Positions 15,401 through 27,334 are shown, counted from the stretch's first letter. The stretch: 64,000 bases of DNA from Sphyrna mokarran (GCA_024679065.1 JAGIQG010000038.1:8680001-8744000), one strand, 5' to 3'. Notes: generated from the letters alone by a model not told the origin. Numbers and translations are program-made.

Positions 15401-18400
15401 CCTGGATTTGATCACAGCCATGCAAATTCAGGCCTAAGTACCATAGCACACCTTGGATACCAAATGGCAACATGTCCCCAATTAACATCAACTAATAATA
15501 GCCAAACATTACCGAAAGCTTTCATTTTTAGGTTCACATTGAAAAATGTCGAATTCTGAAAACATCTTAAGTTACCATTTTGAGCAAAAACAGCAACTAC
15601 ATTGAAAACACAACTTACCCATGCCAAATGCAGATGTATTCACCTCTTGCATGTTAGAGGAATGTACAAGTACTTGGAGAGGAGGTAGCATGCCAACAAT
15701 CCAGGCTACTTGTTCAGATGTAACCATGGTGCATGCCACAAAAAAGTTTCCTAGCTCAAACAGAACCAATCCATGCGACATGCACCAATTACCAACTTAC
15801 ATATCCTAAATTGAGACTAGTAAGCTGAAATCATCTCACTTGAACCAAGGTCCCCCATGACAACCACAAGTAATAATGTGGAGATGCCTGACATCAGACT
15901 GAGGTGGGCACAGTAAGTTCTCAGAACATCAGGTTGAAGTCCAACACATGACTCACCTAAAGGAAGGAGTAGCGCCCCAAAAACTTGTGATACAAATAAA
16001 CCTGTTGGACTTTAGCTTGATATTGAGATTTCTTACTGTGCCCACAAGTAACATGCAGCTTGTTCCAGACATCTTCATTTGGTTATGCTCCTGCCTCCCC
16101 TTCAGCTCAGGCATCACTACTTGCTGTACCTTAAGTTAATCCAAAAGCTGTTTCTGTGAAAAACTTTAAAAATTCATACATTAGGGTACAAAGTACAAAA
16201 TATCTTGCCTGTTGCAGCACAACCTTCTCTCTAGCTAACATAGTAAGAAACAACCTAGGAATTCACAATCACGTATACAATTAAATCTAGTTCTTCAAAA
16301 TATACTCATTTATTCCATATCAAAAATCTTCAAATTTCCTGTGCATAGAAGTTGTCCACATTTCTAATGCAGTATCACACTTCACCTGCTCATTACTAGT
16401 TTTCCTGCTATAAGCTAACAGGGTATGATGCAACCACACAGAACAAAGCAGCCACACATTCATCCTCATCTTTAGAATGCAAACTTTTGAATCATCCTTT
16501 CCAACGATCATCCCTTACTTTGATTCAAGGAGAGATACAGCTCCATCACCAGATTTTCCACAATCCTCATTTTGAAAAAAGACAAATCAAACTAGTCACT
16601 TAAAATATTCAAAAATCCAGTTCAGCACACAAAAGCAACTGAGCCAAGAGCACCCACATCCAATAAATAAAATATTAATAAGCCATAAAGTCTTCAATCA
16701 GTCGCCATCTTGTAAAAGGAATTTTGTAGTTGGTATGCACCAACTCATAGTAGCTTGGATTAGCAAGTACCACCAGATAACTTATTGTAATAACCTAGCT
16801 AACAGCAATCAGCATAAATTCAGAAAAGAAAGCTTGACCAAGCTCCTTAACATAGACCAAGTAACAGGCAGAAGCAAATTGTGCATGTCCAATAACGTGA
16901 TGTAACAACTTCAAAAAGACTCCTGGAAATTCCAAGCAAAAGCTATTAAACTCAAAAGCTATGGGATTCAGAGCAAGTCATTGGAATGAAAAAACTGGTT
17001 GAACATGTGCTCATTATTGCTTACTGTTAAAAAATTTACATCACGGAGTAGGGCAGTAGAGTTGGGCATTCAAGGTTTCAAGTTGGTGTCATTACTGCTT
17101 ATAATTTTGACAAAAGACTGGGTTACAGAAAATTAATGCAAAGTGATTAAGTTTGCAGACACCAAAGAGGAACAGCAGGATCAAAAAAAGGTCACAACTA
17201 CAGAATGAATCAGGAGAAAAATTTGCAGCAGACAGAATGGTAGATAAATAGAGCACTACGCAAAAGAATAGGTGATAACATACTGCACCAAAGGTAGTTA
17301 AATAGTATAAGTGAAGTCTTAGCAGACACAATGATAAACACATCAAACCAATGCAGAGCTGCAAATCAAAGCCCATACAACATTAAACTGCAGAGCCAAA
17401 ACAATTGAGTAAAAATCAGATGAGACAGTGATCAAACTAGTGTTCTGGTTAGAAAACACCATCAGCATTACACCCAATTCTGATGGTCAAGAGAGAAATG
17501 GCGGGGGGGGGTTTCCAGATTCATAGGTCATTGGGATCTTTTCTGGAGCAGAGGTTACCTTTTTAAAGAGGGACAGGTTGCATCGGGGGTGGGGGTGATT
17601 TGCCAGTGCTACAAGGGAGGTTTAAACTACATTGGTGGGAGGATAGGATCCTCAGCAGCAAGGAAGCAAATGAGGAGCTGAAACCAGATGGCAATACTCA
17701 GCAAGGGCAAGCTGAATAAACAAACAAAGTCAATAGCATAGCAGGGACTGAGAAAAACCTGTTGGATTAATTTGCATCTCTCTCAACACAAGAGGGCTGA
17801 CAGTTAAGACTGATGAACTCAGGGCATGGACAGTTACATCGGACTGGGATAGAATCCTGTGTAGGTTCGGGCAATTAGCAGGATAAATATTTGGGCTTGT
17901 GGGGATAGAATCTGGGCTTGTTGTCCGTGCAGACTCAATGGCCTCCTCTTGCACAGTAGGGAGGCTTTTAACTCAGGGCATGGATAGTTACATGGAACTG
18001 AGATATTATACCCATAACTGAAACACGGCTAAGGGAGCAACAGGACGAGCATCTTAATGTTCCAGAGTACAGGTGCTTTGGTGGGGACAGAGGAAAGAGA
18101 GGAAGGGGAGTTGCATTCTTGATTAAAGGGAGCATCACAGCAGTAGTCAGATGGAATAACTAAGCGATCATTCAATGAGGCTTTGTGGGCAAAATTAGGA
18201 AATAAGGGAATAGCGACCTCATTGGGGTTGTACTGAAGGTCTCCAAATCAAAGCCCATACAATTCCAAGTCAACCAGAATTAAAATATGTACAGAAATTG
18301 GGAAGACTTGCAGGGGTAATAAGGTCGTAATAGTTGGGGATTTTAATTTTCCTAAGATAGACTGGGACTGCCATAGTGTCAGGCTTAGATGGGGTGGAAT

Positions 18401-21400
18401 TTGTTGAGTGCGTTCAGGAATGTTTCATAAGGCAACACGTGGAGGGTCCTTCATGGAAAAGGACAATACTTGACCTACTCTTGGGAAATAGGACAGGGTA
18501 AGTGACTGAGGTGTCGGTGGGTGGGCACGTTGGAACCAGTGGTCATAGTTCTATTAATTTTAAAATAGTTATAGAAGGGGACAAAACTGGTCCACAGGTC
18601 CAAGTCCTAAATTGGGGCCAGGTGAATTTTGATGGAATCAGGCAGGGGCTTGCAAAAGCTTGACTGTAGTAGTTTGTTTGAGCACAAAGAGACCTGTGGC
18701 AAGTGGAGGCCTTCAAAAGTGAAATAACTAGAGTTCAGGGTTAGTATGACTCTGTTAGGGAAAGGCCGGCAGGAGTAGGGAATCCTGGATGACAAAACAC
18801 ATTCTTTTGGTCAGGAAAAAGGAGGCAGCATGGCTCAGGTACAAGCAGCTGGAATCAAGGAATTCCCTGGAGGTGTACAGGAGTACATTCAAGGAGGAAA
18901 TAGGGGGGGTGCAAAAAGAGAGCATGAAGTTAGCTTTGGCCAAGAGGATTAAGATGAATCCAAAGGGATTCAAGTATATTAAAAACAGATCGAGAATAGG
19001 GCCTCTCAAGGACCAAAATGGACATGTGTGAAACCACAAGAGATGGATAAGATTCTCAATGAATATGTCTCGTGTATTTACCATGGAGGAAAACAAGACT
19101 TGGGAACTTGGTAAAGTTAAGGGCGATATATTGGGAACAGTCCACATTAGAGGTGATGGGCGTGTTAAAATGTACCAAGGTGGATAAATCTCCTGGCCCT
19201 GACCAGTATATCCAAGTACACTGGGAGACGGGAGAAGAAATTGCAGGAGCCCTGACTAAGATACTTATATCATCGTTAGCTATAGGAGAGGTACCAGAAA
19301 CCAGAAGATAGCAAAAATTATGCCTTTATTTAAGGTTGCAAAGAAAAATCTGGGAATTATAAACTGGTAAACCCAACATATGTGGTGGTAAGTTACTAGG
19401 AGAGGATTGAGGGACAAGATATACAGCCATTTGGAAAGACAGGGTTTGATGAGTAGTTATCATGGCTTTTTGCATGAGAGTTCTTGCCATACAAATTTGG
19501 AGTTCTTTGATGAAGTGACCAGGAAGATCGATGATGGCAGGACAGTAGATGTCATCTACATGGACTTTAGTAAGGCCTTTAGATAAAGTTCCACATGGTA
19601 GGCTGCTCTGGAAGGTTAGATCACATGGAATCCAGGGACAGCTGGCAAATTGGATATACAATTAGCTTGATCATCGGAAGAATGTTTGTCAGACTGACAC
19701 CTGTAACTAGTGGTATGCTTCAGGGTCAGCATTGAGCCCACTGCTGTTTGTTAACTACATCAACGATTTGGATGAGAATGTGCAAGTCTGCAGATAATAT
19801 GAAAATAGATGGCATTGTAGACAGTGAGGGAGGTTATGAAAAATTGCAGCAGGATCTTGATCAACTGGGGAAGTGGGCCAAAAGAAAACAGCAAATGGAG
19901 TTCAATACAGACCAGTCTGAGGTGTTGCATTTGGAAGGTCAAATCAAGGTAGGACTTTCATAGTGAATGATAAGACCTTAGGGAGTATTGTGGAACAGAG
20001 GGACTTTGGAGTTCAGATACATGGCTCTCTAAAGGTAGCTAGGGCAGTGAAGGAGGCTTTTAGCATGCTGGCCTTCATCAGTCAAGACATTTGAGTATAG
20101 AAGTTGGGAAGTTGTGTCGCATTTGTACAGGACATTGAGGTCATAGCAGATTATTGTGTTCAATTTTGGTCACCTTGCTCTGGAAAAGATATCAAACTTG
20201 TGTGTGCAGAAGAGATTTACATGTTGCTAGGATTCAAACAACAGTTATAGGGAGAGATTGGACAAGCTAGGATTTTTCTCTGACACACAGGAGACTGAGG
20301 GGTGATCTTAGAGGTGTATAAGATTGAGGGGCATGGATAGAGTCTTTTTCACAGTTAAAAAAGTCTCTTAACACCAGGTTAAAGTCCAACAGGTTTATTT
20401 GTTAGCACAAGCCACTGGCTTTCAGAAGCACTGCCCCTTCATCAGGCAAGTGGGAGTTCTGTTCACAAACAGGGCACATAAAGCCACAAACTCAATTTAC
20501 AAAATAATGGGTGGAATGAGAGTCTTTATAGGTAATCCTGTTTGTGAACAGAACTCCCACTTACCTGATGAAGGAGCAGCACTCCAGAAGCTTGGACTTT
20601 AATCAAGTTGAGAGACTTCTTACTGTGTTTACTCCAGTCTAATGCTGGCATCTCTACATTAGCAACCCCCCCCCCCCCCAAAGCTTTGGGGAGATCAAGA
20701 ACTTGGGGGCATAGGTTTAAGTTAGAGGGGAGAGTAGTGAGAACCCAAGGAGTATTTATTTATTTATTAAACACAGAGTGGTATGTAAATGCAACAGCTG
20801 CTGGAGGAAGTGGTCAAGGCAGGAGCGTTGACAACACTTAAAAGGCGTTCAGATAAATACGTGAATAGGAAAGATTTAGATTGGTATAGGCCAAATACAA
20901 GCAAATGGGGTTAGCTTAGATGGGCTTTTTGGTCAACATGGACCTGTCTCTCTGCCATAGATTCCATGATTTCAACACTAGAGCCAGTAGAGACAAAATT
21001 CAGGCCCAAGCACTATAAATCAGATTAATGAGAAAATCTGATCAGTGATCTTAACTGTGGAAGCTTCAATGTACAAAAAAATCCTGGATAAAGTACTGAG
21101 GCACAAGATTCAAACTAGAAGGGTACCACATTTTGCCAGAGCATCATATTCAACAATGCAGCTGATTTTACACAAAAAGAATCTTTTGTCCCTAGTTCCA
21201 AATTTTATACCATCCATATCTCATGACTGCTACTTTGTAAACAAAAAAGCAGATTGCTGTTGAATTCCTTACACCATCCTCTTCAATCTGTAAGCTTGAA
21301 ATTGTACTTCAGACTCGAGCTAGGATTCAGTTACTATCAGGATTTTTTTTTTCCACTCCAAGATCGTGCTCAAGCTGCCCCCCCCCCCTCACCCACCCGT

Positions 21401-22774
21401 GTAAACATGCCCAGTTTTCTGGATCTCCGCTTGTAAGCGTTTCAAGGTACCCAATTCCCAGCAACACTCGAATTTACTTTCTCTATTGCATACTCTGGCG
21501 TGTTCCCAATGTGGTACTGTACGTGACTTACAATGATGCTGCGAAAAAAGAAAAAAAAACAATTTCCCAGACTTCTTGATATCTCGGGTTAGGTTGTCCA
21601 GTAACATTTATTGCTCCAAATCATCGGCGATTGGCGAGAATATGTCGCACTCCACAGTCCTCGGAGAAGCTTTGTGGTCATTCGAAGTTTCTGGATTTTC
21701 TAGCACTGTGCGCATAAGGCGGCCTGGGCAAGGAGAGAGACACTCACGCGTGCAAATTTCTGCAATCGAAGCCAGGGGCACTCTGTTAATAATGGCAGAG
21801 TCAAAAGCGCGACGAAGAGAGAAAATTGTGTTTGCAGCGAAGAATGCACCAGCGTAGGAAAAGAGGACGAGGCTGCGTTAAATGGCGGCTCCTTCAGTAT
21901 TGCGCAACAGCCAAACCCCCCCCCCCTCCTTAAATCCTGCCGCCAAAAGGAAGATCACCAGTGAAAAAACAATTCACCTTGAGAAAAAAAAAATTAGTTA
22001 AAATCATTAAAAAAGGGAAAAGAAAATCTGATAAAGCATTAACATACAGAAGCCCGAAAGATCTGTGCGTGTGCCCGCGCCTGCGCGCACCGGGGGAAGA
22101 GAGAAATTTCTAGAAACCGCAGTTTCTCCAAATCGTTTCCAAACCCGCTGCTTTATTCTGTGCTGCCAATTGATTCGAGTGAAAAAAAAATCAGGTGAGA
22201 CACGGAAAGAAAACACACACATATATCGTTGCGGAAAGAAGCCGCACATTTTCAACGATGAAACTGGAATTAATTGCGCTGGAACATGACAGTCCCGCAA
22301 GGCTGCCGTGTATTTCCACTCACGTGGAAGCAAGCCGACAGTGGGGTTTCTCGCACCACCCCCCCAAAAAAAAGCAATATTTAAGCAGCTGCAAAATCAT
22401 CCGTGAAGCGAGAATGTAGGGTTTCCCCAACCCACTTAGGCATTAAATATTCTCCCAACCTGACGTAGTCCCGCATTTGCAGCCCACAAGAATTGAGATT
22501 TGAATAGGTATTAGCTAAAACACGTTTCGGCTACCAGAAAAAGAACTCTGGAAATATAAGATGTTGCAACCTCAAAATCTTTTACCTTCCATTCCAAATC
22601 TCCCCATCTTAAGTGGCCTTTTTAAAAAAAAACTGCAGCGGCCTAGGCTAGCGAAAAGGCGCCTAACTCCCAAAGCCTTACTGGCCGGCCCTCCCACACC
22701 ACCTCCTTGCACGAGTATTGCGGAGAAGGCGCTACTGGCTTATTGAGGCCGCCTGCGGAAAGCATCACTTACAT
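377..22774 (-). CDS. PTGES3: Prostaglandin E synthase 3 / p23 HSP90 co-chaperone, 3'-partial: join(22774-22773,7104-6991,2682-2613,1944-1846,1576-1484,439-377); final exons outside window
   Basis: Spliced translation MQPASAKWYDRRDYVFVEFCVEDSKDVEINFEKEKFTFSCLGGAENVKHFNEVNLYNAIDPSDSKHKRTDRSVLCYLRKGESGQAWPRLTKEKAKLNWLKVDFNNWRDWDDDPEEEDLSSFEKFSQMMNNMGGDDDGDIPDVDGMDD matches vertebrate p23. All introns are GT-AG with consistent phases. Confidence 0.97.
960..1190 (+). mobile_element. SINE-like fragment
   Basis: tRNA-like head (ccagagacccaggttcaaagccc) followed by a typical tail (ggcctacatgtgactccaga). Confidence 0.5.
1484..1576 (-). CDS. PTGES3: PTGES3 exon 5 (93 nt, LNWLKVDFNNWRDWDDDPEEEDLSSFEKFSQ)
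   Basis: aacag|TTA...CAG|gtaaga; contains the p23 WLxVDFNNW signature. Confidence 0.96.
1846..1944 (-). CDS. PTGES3: PTGES3 exon 4 (99 nt, DSKHKRTDRSVLCYLRKGESGQAWPRLTKEKAK)
   Basis: ctgtag|GAT...AAG|gtaact; WPRLTKE signature. Confidence 0.96.
2238..2389. mobile_element. Tigger/pogo-like MITE
   Basis: TA|CAGTGGTACCCC ... GGGCTGCGCTG|TA: TA target sites and imperfect CAG...CTG inverted ends. Confidence 0.5.
2613..2682 (-). CDS. PTGES3: PTGES3 exon 3 (70 nt, CLGGAENVKHFNEVNLYNAIDPS)
   Basis: atgtag|C...AGT|gtaagt; phase 2 in, phase 0 out. Confidence 0.95.
3112..3390 (+). mobile_element. Rex1/Babar LINE 3' end, abutting a Penelope C-terminal fragment at ~3000-3110
   Basis: Reads AASIIKDPTHSGHS..PSGKRYKSL..SFFPAA; ends in an aataaatcaaa tail. 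Confidence 0.65.
6991..7104 (-). CDS. PTGES3: PTGES3 exon 2 (114 nt, QPASAKWYDRRDYVFVEFCVEDSKDVEINFEKEKFTF)
   Basis: ttttag|GCAG...TTCAG|gtacgt; lies inside ORF 6945..7157. Confidence 0.96.
9715..10005 (-). mobile_element. tRNA-derived SINE with CR1-like tail
   Basis: catagaatccctag...gcactgtgggaggaaa; similar to copies at 32460-32748, 34550-34830, 61340-61605. Confidence 0.65.
10320..11390 (+). mobile_element. Degenerate CR1 LINE fragment interrupted by a Penelope-like repeat (10445-10612)
   Basis: GNYRPVSLT (ggtaactacagaccagttagcttgaca), LDF*KAFD and QGSVL remnants. Confidence 0.6.
13000..15200 (+). mobile_element. Degenerate non-LTR retrotransposon (CR1/L2-related)
   Basis: RT motif GMFADDCTMF (ORF 14379..14648); many stops and deletions; related copy at 46080-47115. 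Confidence 0.7.
14105..14152. repeat. Perfect 24-bp tandem duplication
   Basis: agcaatatctactccccaatgctc x2. Confidence 0.9.
15872..16046. mobile_element. Penelope-like terminal repeat, fold-back arrangement
   Basis: gtgggcacagtaag...aagtccaaca mirrored by tgttggacttt...cttactgtgcccac. Confidence 0.6.
17520..20970 (+). mobile_element. Near full-length decayed CR1 LINE ORF2 (APE endonuclease + RT) with 3' end
   Basis: VVIVGDFNFP (~18324), ILDLLLGN (~18466), VDKSPGPD (~19180), VIYMDFSKA (~19551), DKVPHGRL; frameshifted; ends in an attccatgatt tail. Confidence 0.85.
20352..20662. mobile_element. Penelope-like inverted terminal-repeat element inserted in the CR1
   Basis: ccttcatcaggcaagtgggagttctgttcacaaacagg / cctgtttgtgaacagaactcccacttacctgatgaagg inverted pair. 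Confidence 0.7.
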
Positions 22775-23450
22775 GGTTACTGTGTAGTTAAAGCTCTACT
22801 CGGTTGTCGGGGAGCTCACAAGACCAAGTGGCGTCTGGAGAAGCGCGTTCTTCCCTTCTTTTGCCCCCTCCTCTCTACCTCGCCCCAGACAAAGTGACGC
22901 AGCGCACGCCGCTCGCTATGGTTACGGCGTTAACCGTGTGTGGGGCACGTGGCGCTGATTGGCTACCTCCGCTGCGAGGTCCAGGCTGGACTTCCGGCCT
23001 CCCCCCTCCTTACGGCTGTCAATCAAAGCGGCGCGTGCCTCTTTAGACGTTCAGTCGCGTTTTTACGTTCCCAAATAATGAGTCAGGAGAAAATTATTTA
23101 CCGCGGATCAGTTCTCTTCTGACACTATATTCTCCCTCCTCTCTTTTTCCAAATTAATTTCAAATCCTCTCTCTCCAAATGTCCCGTCCTTCCGATGATC
23201 AACGGCATCCATTTTAGCCCCGCCGCCACAATCTTAAGCTGACTCAACACTTCACTGCCAGATTCCCAAAAGGGGTCGCCTTTTTTTAAAAAAAAGGGTC
23301 CATTGTATCATTTGAAGATCCGCGACTTTTCCCTCGTCACCTTTTGATTCCTGGCATGCTGAGGACCTCTTTACTGGCGTGGGATCTTGTTGTGCTCAAA
23401 ATGGCTGCTGTGGTTACCTCCATATTGTGGAAATTGCACTTCAAAGTGAT
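21400..23450. promoter_or_regulatory. CpG-island promoter and first-intron regulatory region of PTGES3
   Basis: CpG-dense against a CpG-poor background. CCAAT box (ctgattggc ~22955), E-box cacgtg ~22946, ETS/GABP acttccgg ~22990, half-CRE tgacgca ~22895, YY1-like aaatggcggc ~21879 and aaaatggctgc ~23398. Confidence 0.8.
22773..22900 (-). other. PTGES3: PTGES3 exon 1 (5'UTR plus AT of the start codon; 5' end approximate)
   Basis: ...gtaaccAT|gtaagtg donor at 22772; joining to the exon 2 G gives ACCATG; lies in a CpG island. Confidence 0.85.
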
Positions 23451-23609
23451 TTATCGTATGTAAGGTGTGATCAGGTGCTATGAAAATGTCATCTTTTAAT
23501 TTTTGTCAAGTTGTCTGCCAAATACACATTTATTCATTTTTAAATATATTTGATAATACTACAGTTAGCAGATGATACACCCAGCACTCTTAATACGTCT
23601 TTTTGTCCT

Positions 23610-25215
23610 CAAAGGATTCCCTCACCCCCAGTATAATTAATAGAAATCTCCACCGTGTTCAATCGATTTCATGCACTTCACCATGAAAGGATTTTGCCAC
23701 GTCTTCACCTTTCAACCCACCATCCTCTGCATTCAACAGATCATTTTCCACCATATTTACCAGCTGTGGTATGATTCCACCATTAAGCTCATCTTCTCCT
23801 GCCCTCCTTTCAGCATTTCACAAATAAACCTTCCCTACAACACCCTAGTCCATTCCTCACTTTCTTTCCTACAGCACCTTCCCATGCAAGCTTAGGAGAT
23901 GTAACTCATTCACTGTTCACGATGCTGTCTCACCTACTTTGGAGAGACCAAATATAGACTGGGTAACTGCATTATGGAACACCTCTGTTTGCTCTGCAAA
24001 TACATCCCCAAGCTTCTTGTCACTTGTCATTTTTAATTCTCCACCTTGCTCCCACTTTGATCTCTGTCTTTGGCCTGCTAGTGTTCCAACAAGGCGGAAC
24101 TCAAGCTCAAGGAATAGCACCTCATGTTTTGTCTCGGCAGTCTTCAGTATTCGAGACTCAATATTGAGTAAACAACTTAAGATCATACCCTCTGCCTCCA
24201 TTTTGTTCTTATTTCTGGTTGTTTCTTTATCTCTTAAAGTTGCGTTAAGATGGATGTTATATAGTCATTCACACCTCATCTGGATACAACTTCTGTTTCT
24301 TTATTATATCCATTACCAATCTCTTTGGCTTTTACATTGTGAAATCTTTTGTTTGTTAAACTGTCCTGCCCTATCCTATTATAGATCTTACCTTTTCTTC
24401 CTGCCGCCTTTCCCTTCTACTGGTTTACAAAAGGGGGGGCAAGATGTTGGGGTGATTGAGTGGCTAAGAGTGTCGTGGAGGGAATGGTCCCTTTGAAATG
24501 CTGAAAGAATGTGTTTGGCATCATGTTGGAGTGGCAGAAATAGCGGAGGGTGATACTTGAGGAGATCGATGGGGTGGAAAGTGAGTTCGAAGGGAACCCT
24601 AATAGTTTTTGGACGGAGATGAAGGCATTTCTGTCTTCCTTCTGGAAGACAGAAATTGGTGTTGTCAAACTTTACTGAGTTCCTTCTGGAAGGCCATTGA
24701 CCTGAAATATTCACGCTGTTCTCTCTGTAGATGCTGCCTGACCTGCTGCATATTTTTTTAGCAGTTTTTGCTTATTTTGGATATCAGCTTCCACAATATT
24801 TTGTTTTTGTGTTAACCAGAGCAGTCAATTTGTTAATAGGAACTGATCAAATGAGAGCACCATAAAGCAACCATCTCTAACCCATCTCCCACACAATTTG
24901 CTCTCCATCCCTCCCAGAGCTGGGATTTCCATTGTCCCTTTCCACCCCACCAGCCTTCTTCAGATGATTATCCTCTGCCATTTCCACTATCTCTAACATT
25001 AACCCATCACCAAACACATATCATCCTCCTCTATCAGCATTCCAAATGGACTGTTCCCTTCACAACACGTTAGTCACTCAATAACCCCCAAGACCTCATC
25101 CCCTTCCCACCATACTTTCCCATGCAACCCGCAGGAGGTGTACCATCTGCTTGTTTATCTCCTCCTGTATTCGCTACTCACTAAGCTGCCTCCTCTACAT
25201 TGGGGAAACCAAATA
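23610..25215. mobile_element. Cluster of Penelope-like element ORF remnants (GIY-YIG region)
   Basis: FQPTILCIQQIIFHH..KLIFSCPP, YFGETK (~23935), LYIGETK (~25193); minus-strand copy LSAFQRDHSLHDTLSHS (ORF 24388..24714). Confidence 0.7.
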
Positions 25216-25216
25216 C

Positions 25217-26340
25217 AATTTTAATTCAATTCACTTTATTATCCAACAGAAATTCATTTTGGGTGCATTGCTCATTTGTTTAAAAAGATACTTATAAGTG
25301 AATGATAATAATAAAAGAGCCACCATGACTGTATATCCTCATCAAACTGCAAAATGTCTTGTAAAGTAGGACATAATGAGGAACCGATTTGTCCTGCATC
25401 TGAGAGATTGTAGCCTTTTCCCTGAATGCAACGAGTGCTTCTCATTTTTTGTAACACTATTTTTGTCAAAATTCTTTTGAGAGCAGATTTTGTCAAGAAA
25501 GATCTGTTTATCAAAAATCTTCCTATCTTGTACCCTTAAAAGAGTTTGCTTTCCTAAGACACCAATAATGCTAGTACTGTTTTCAACTATAGCCGTATAG
25601 AAGAGTTTCATGATTGTAGATCTATTTGAAAGGATCTTAATTTTCTGAGGTAATATAATCGTGTATGTCCTTTGGACACTACAGCTGTACACTGTTCCCT
25701 CCAATTCAACTTATTATCTACGTTAACACCTAGATGCTTGTGGTTAGTAACTATTTCAGTGTCCACATCATCAGTCTTCACACGAACAATATAATTGACT
25801 GTTTCCTAAAATCTATAACTAGTTCTTCCATCTTGTTTTCATTGAGAATTGTTATTGCACAATTCTATGAACTTCTCCATTCAGTTCTTGAAGTTTGTTT
25901 TGTCGTTCTTTATGAGATCCACAAGTATTGTATCGTCAGCATACGTCAGGATTGTTATCATACTCGGATTGACAAATTAATGCCATAGAAGATGAAAAGT
26001 AAAGATGACAGTACACAACCCTGAAGAGATCCAGTATTCGTTAACATGGACTCTGAGTAGCTGCTGGAAACTAAGACCTCTTGAATCCTGTTGTAAAGGA
26101 AATCACTGATTCAAAGGAGAGTAAGCTTAACATCAAGGTTTTTCAATTAGCTTGAATAGTTGCATAGTATTAAAAGCTGAAGAGAAATCAACAAAAGCAG
26201 TGTCAACATTGTTGCCTAATCTATCTATGGATTAAGTAGACCAAGGTCAGAACAGCATCGGCTACAGACTTATGAGGTTGATAGGCAAACTGTAACTGAT
26301 CATATGTGGAATAAGAGAATCTAAAAGACACTGAGGCTTG
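25217..26340 (-). mobile_element. Rex1/Babar-type LINE RT remnant
   Basis: QLQFAYQPHKSVADAVL, FVDFSSAFNT, NTGSLQGCVLSSLLFIFY, ILTYADDTILV, SGKRLQSLRCRTNRF; aataaa followed by a (gaatt)n-like tail. Confidence 0.8.
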
Positions 26341-26609
26341 CAGAATATCTCCATTCAGTCTGCACATGTGGTCCTGAGCTTCTGGTTCCTTGCTCTGACA
26401 CTTACATTTGTGTCCTCAGCCTGCTACAGTGTTCCAGTGAAGCTCAACACAAGTTTGAGGAACAGTCCCTTATCTTCTGGTGATGTTCTTTACAGTATTC
26501 TGGACTCAACATCGAGTTCAATAATTTCAGATTGCAAACTGTTCTCCATTTTGATTTTTCTCGCCACGTGCTAGCTGAACCTTGCTTTTCATGTTACTGC
26601 TTTCAGACA

Positions 26610-27152
26610 GAGCTTTTTATTATGTTGAAGGTTATGCTGGAACTGTACAAAACATTGGTTATGCCACAGCTAGATGTTATGTGCAGTTCTGGAATCCACA
26701 TTATAGGAGCAATATGATAGCATTGGAAAGGGTGCAGAGGTGATTTGTTGCCTGGGGTGGAGAATTTTAGAGAAGGAGAGAGATCAGATAGTCTGGAATT
26801 GTTTTCCTTGGAGCAGAGGAGATTGAGGGGGAAACATGATTGACAGGAAGAAACTTTTCCCCTTGATGGAGAGATCAAGGACTAGGGGATATAAATTTAA
26901 AGTAAGGTTTAGATTAGGTGAAAAGGTTTTTCCTCACATCCTAAGGATGGTGGGAGTTTGGAACTCACTCCTTGCAAGGGTGGTGGAAGCAGAGACCCTC
27001 ATAACATTTAAGAAGTATTTAGATGTGCACTTGTGATCACAAGGCCACAGGCCAAGTGCTGGAAAATGGGATTAGAAAAGCTAGGTAGTTTATCTTTGAT
27101 ACAGATATGGTGGGCCAAAAGGCCTTTTTCTGTGCTGTATATCTCTATGACT
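26610..27152 (+). mobile_element. CR1 LINE 3' fragment
   Basis: MLELYKTLVMPQL..., VGVWNSL..VVEAETL..FKKYLDVHL; tctatgactcta tail. Confidence 0.75.
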
Positions 27153-27334
27153 CTATTACTCTGCCATTCACACTTTAAACAAATGCTTTATTGCATTATA
27201 ACATTACTACACCCTTTGCTTTTTGTTCCATGCTGTCTGTCATTTAATCTCTCCCACCCTCTTCCCTATTGTAAACCTTCCATTTTGTTCTTCTTCCCCC
27301 TTACTCCTTTCACAGCATTAAACCGTTTGCTATT

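Noticed and set aside
23939-24496. 185-aa plus-strand ORF upstream of PTGES3
   Set aside because: Lies in decayed Penelope sequence in a non-native frame; low complexity with no domain.
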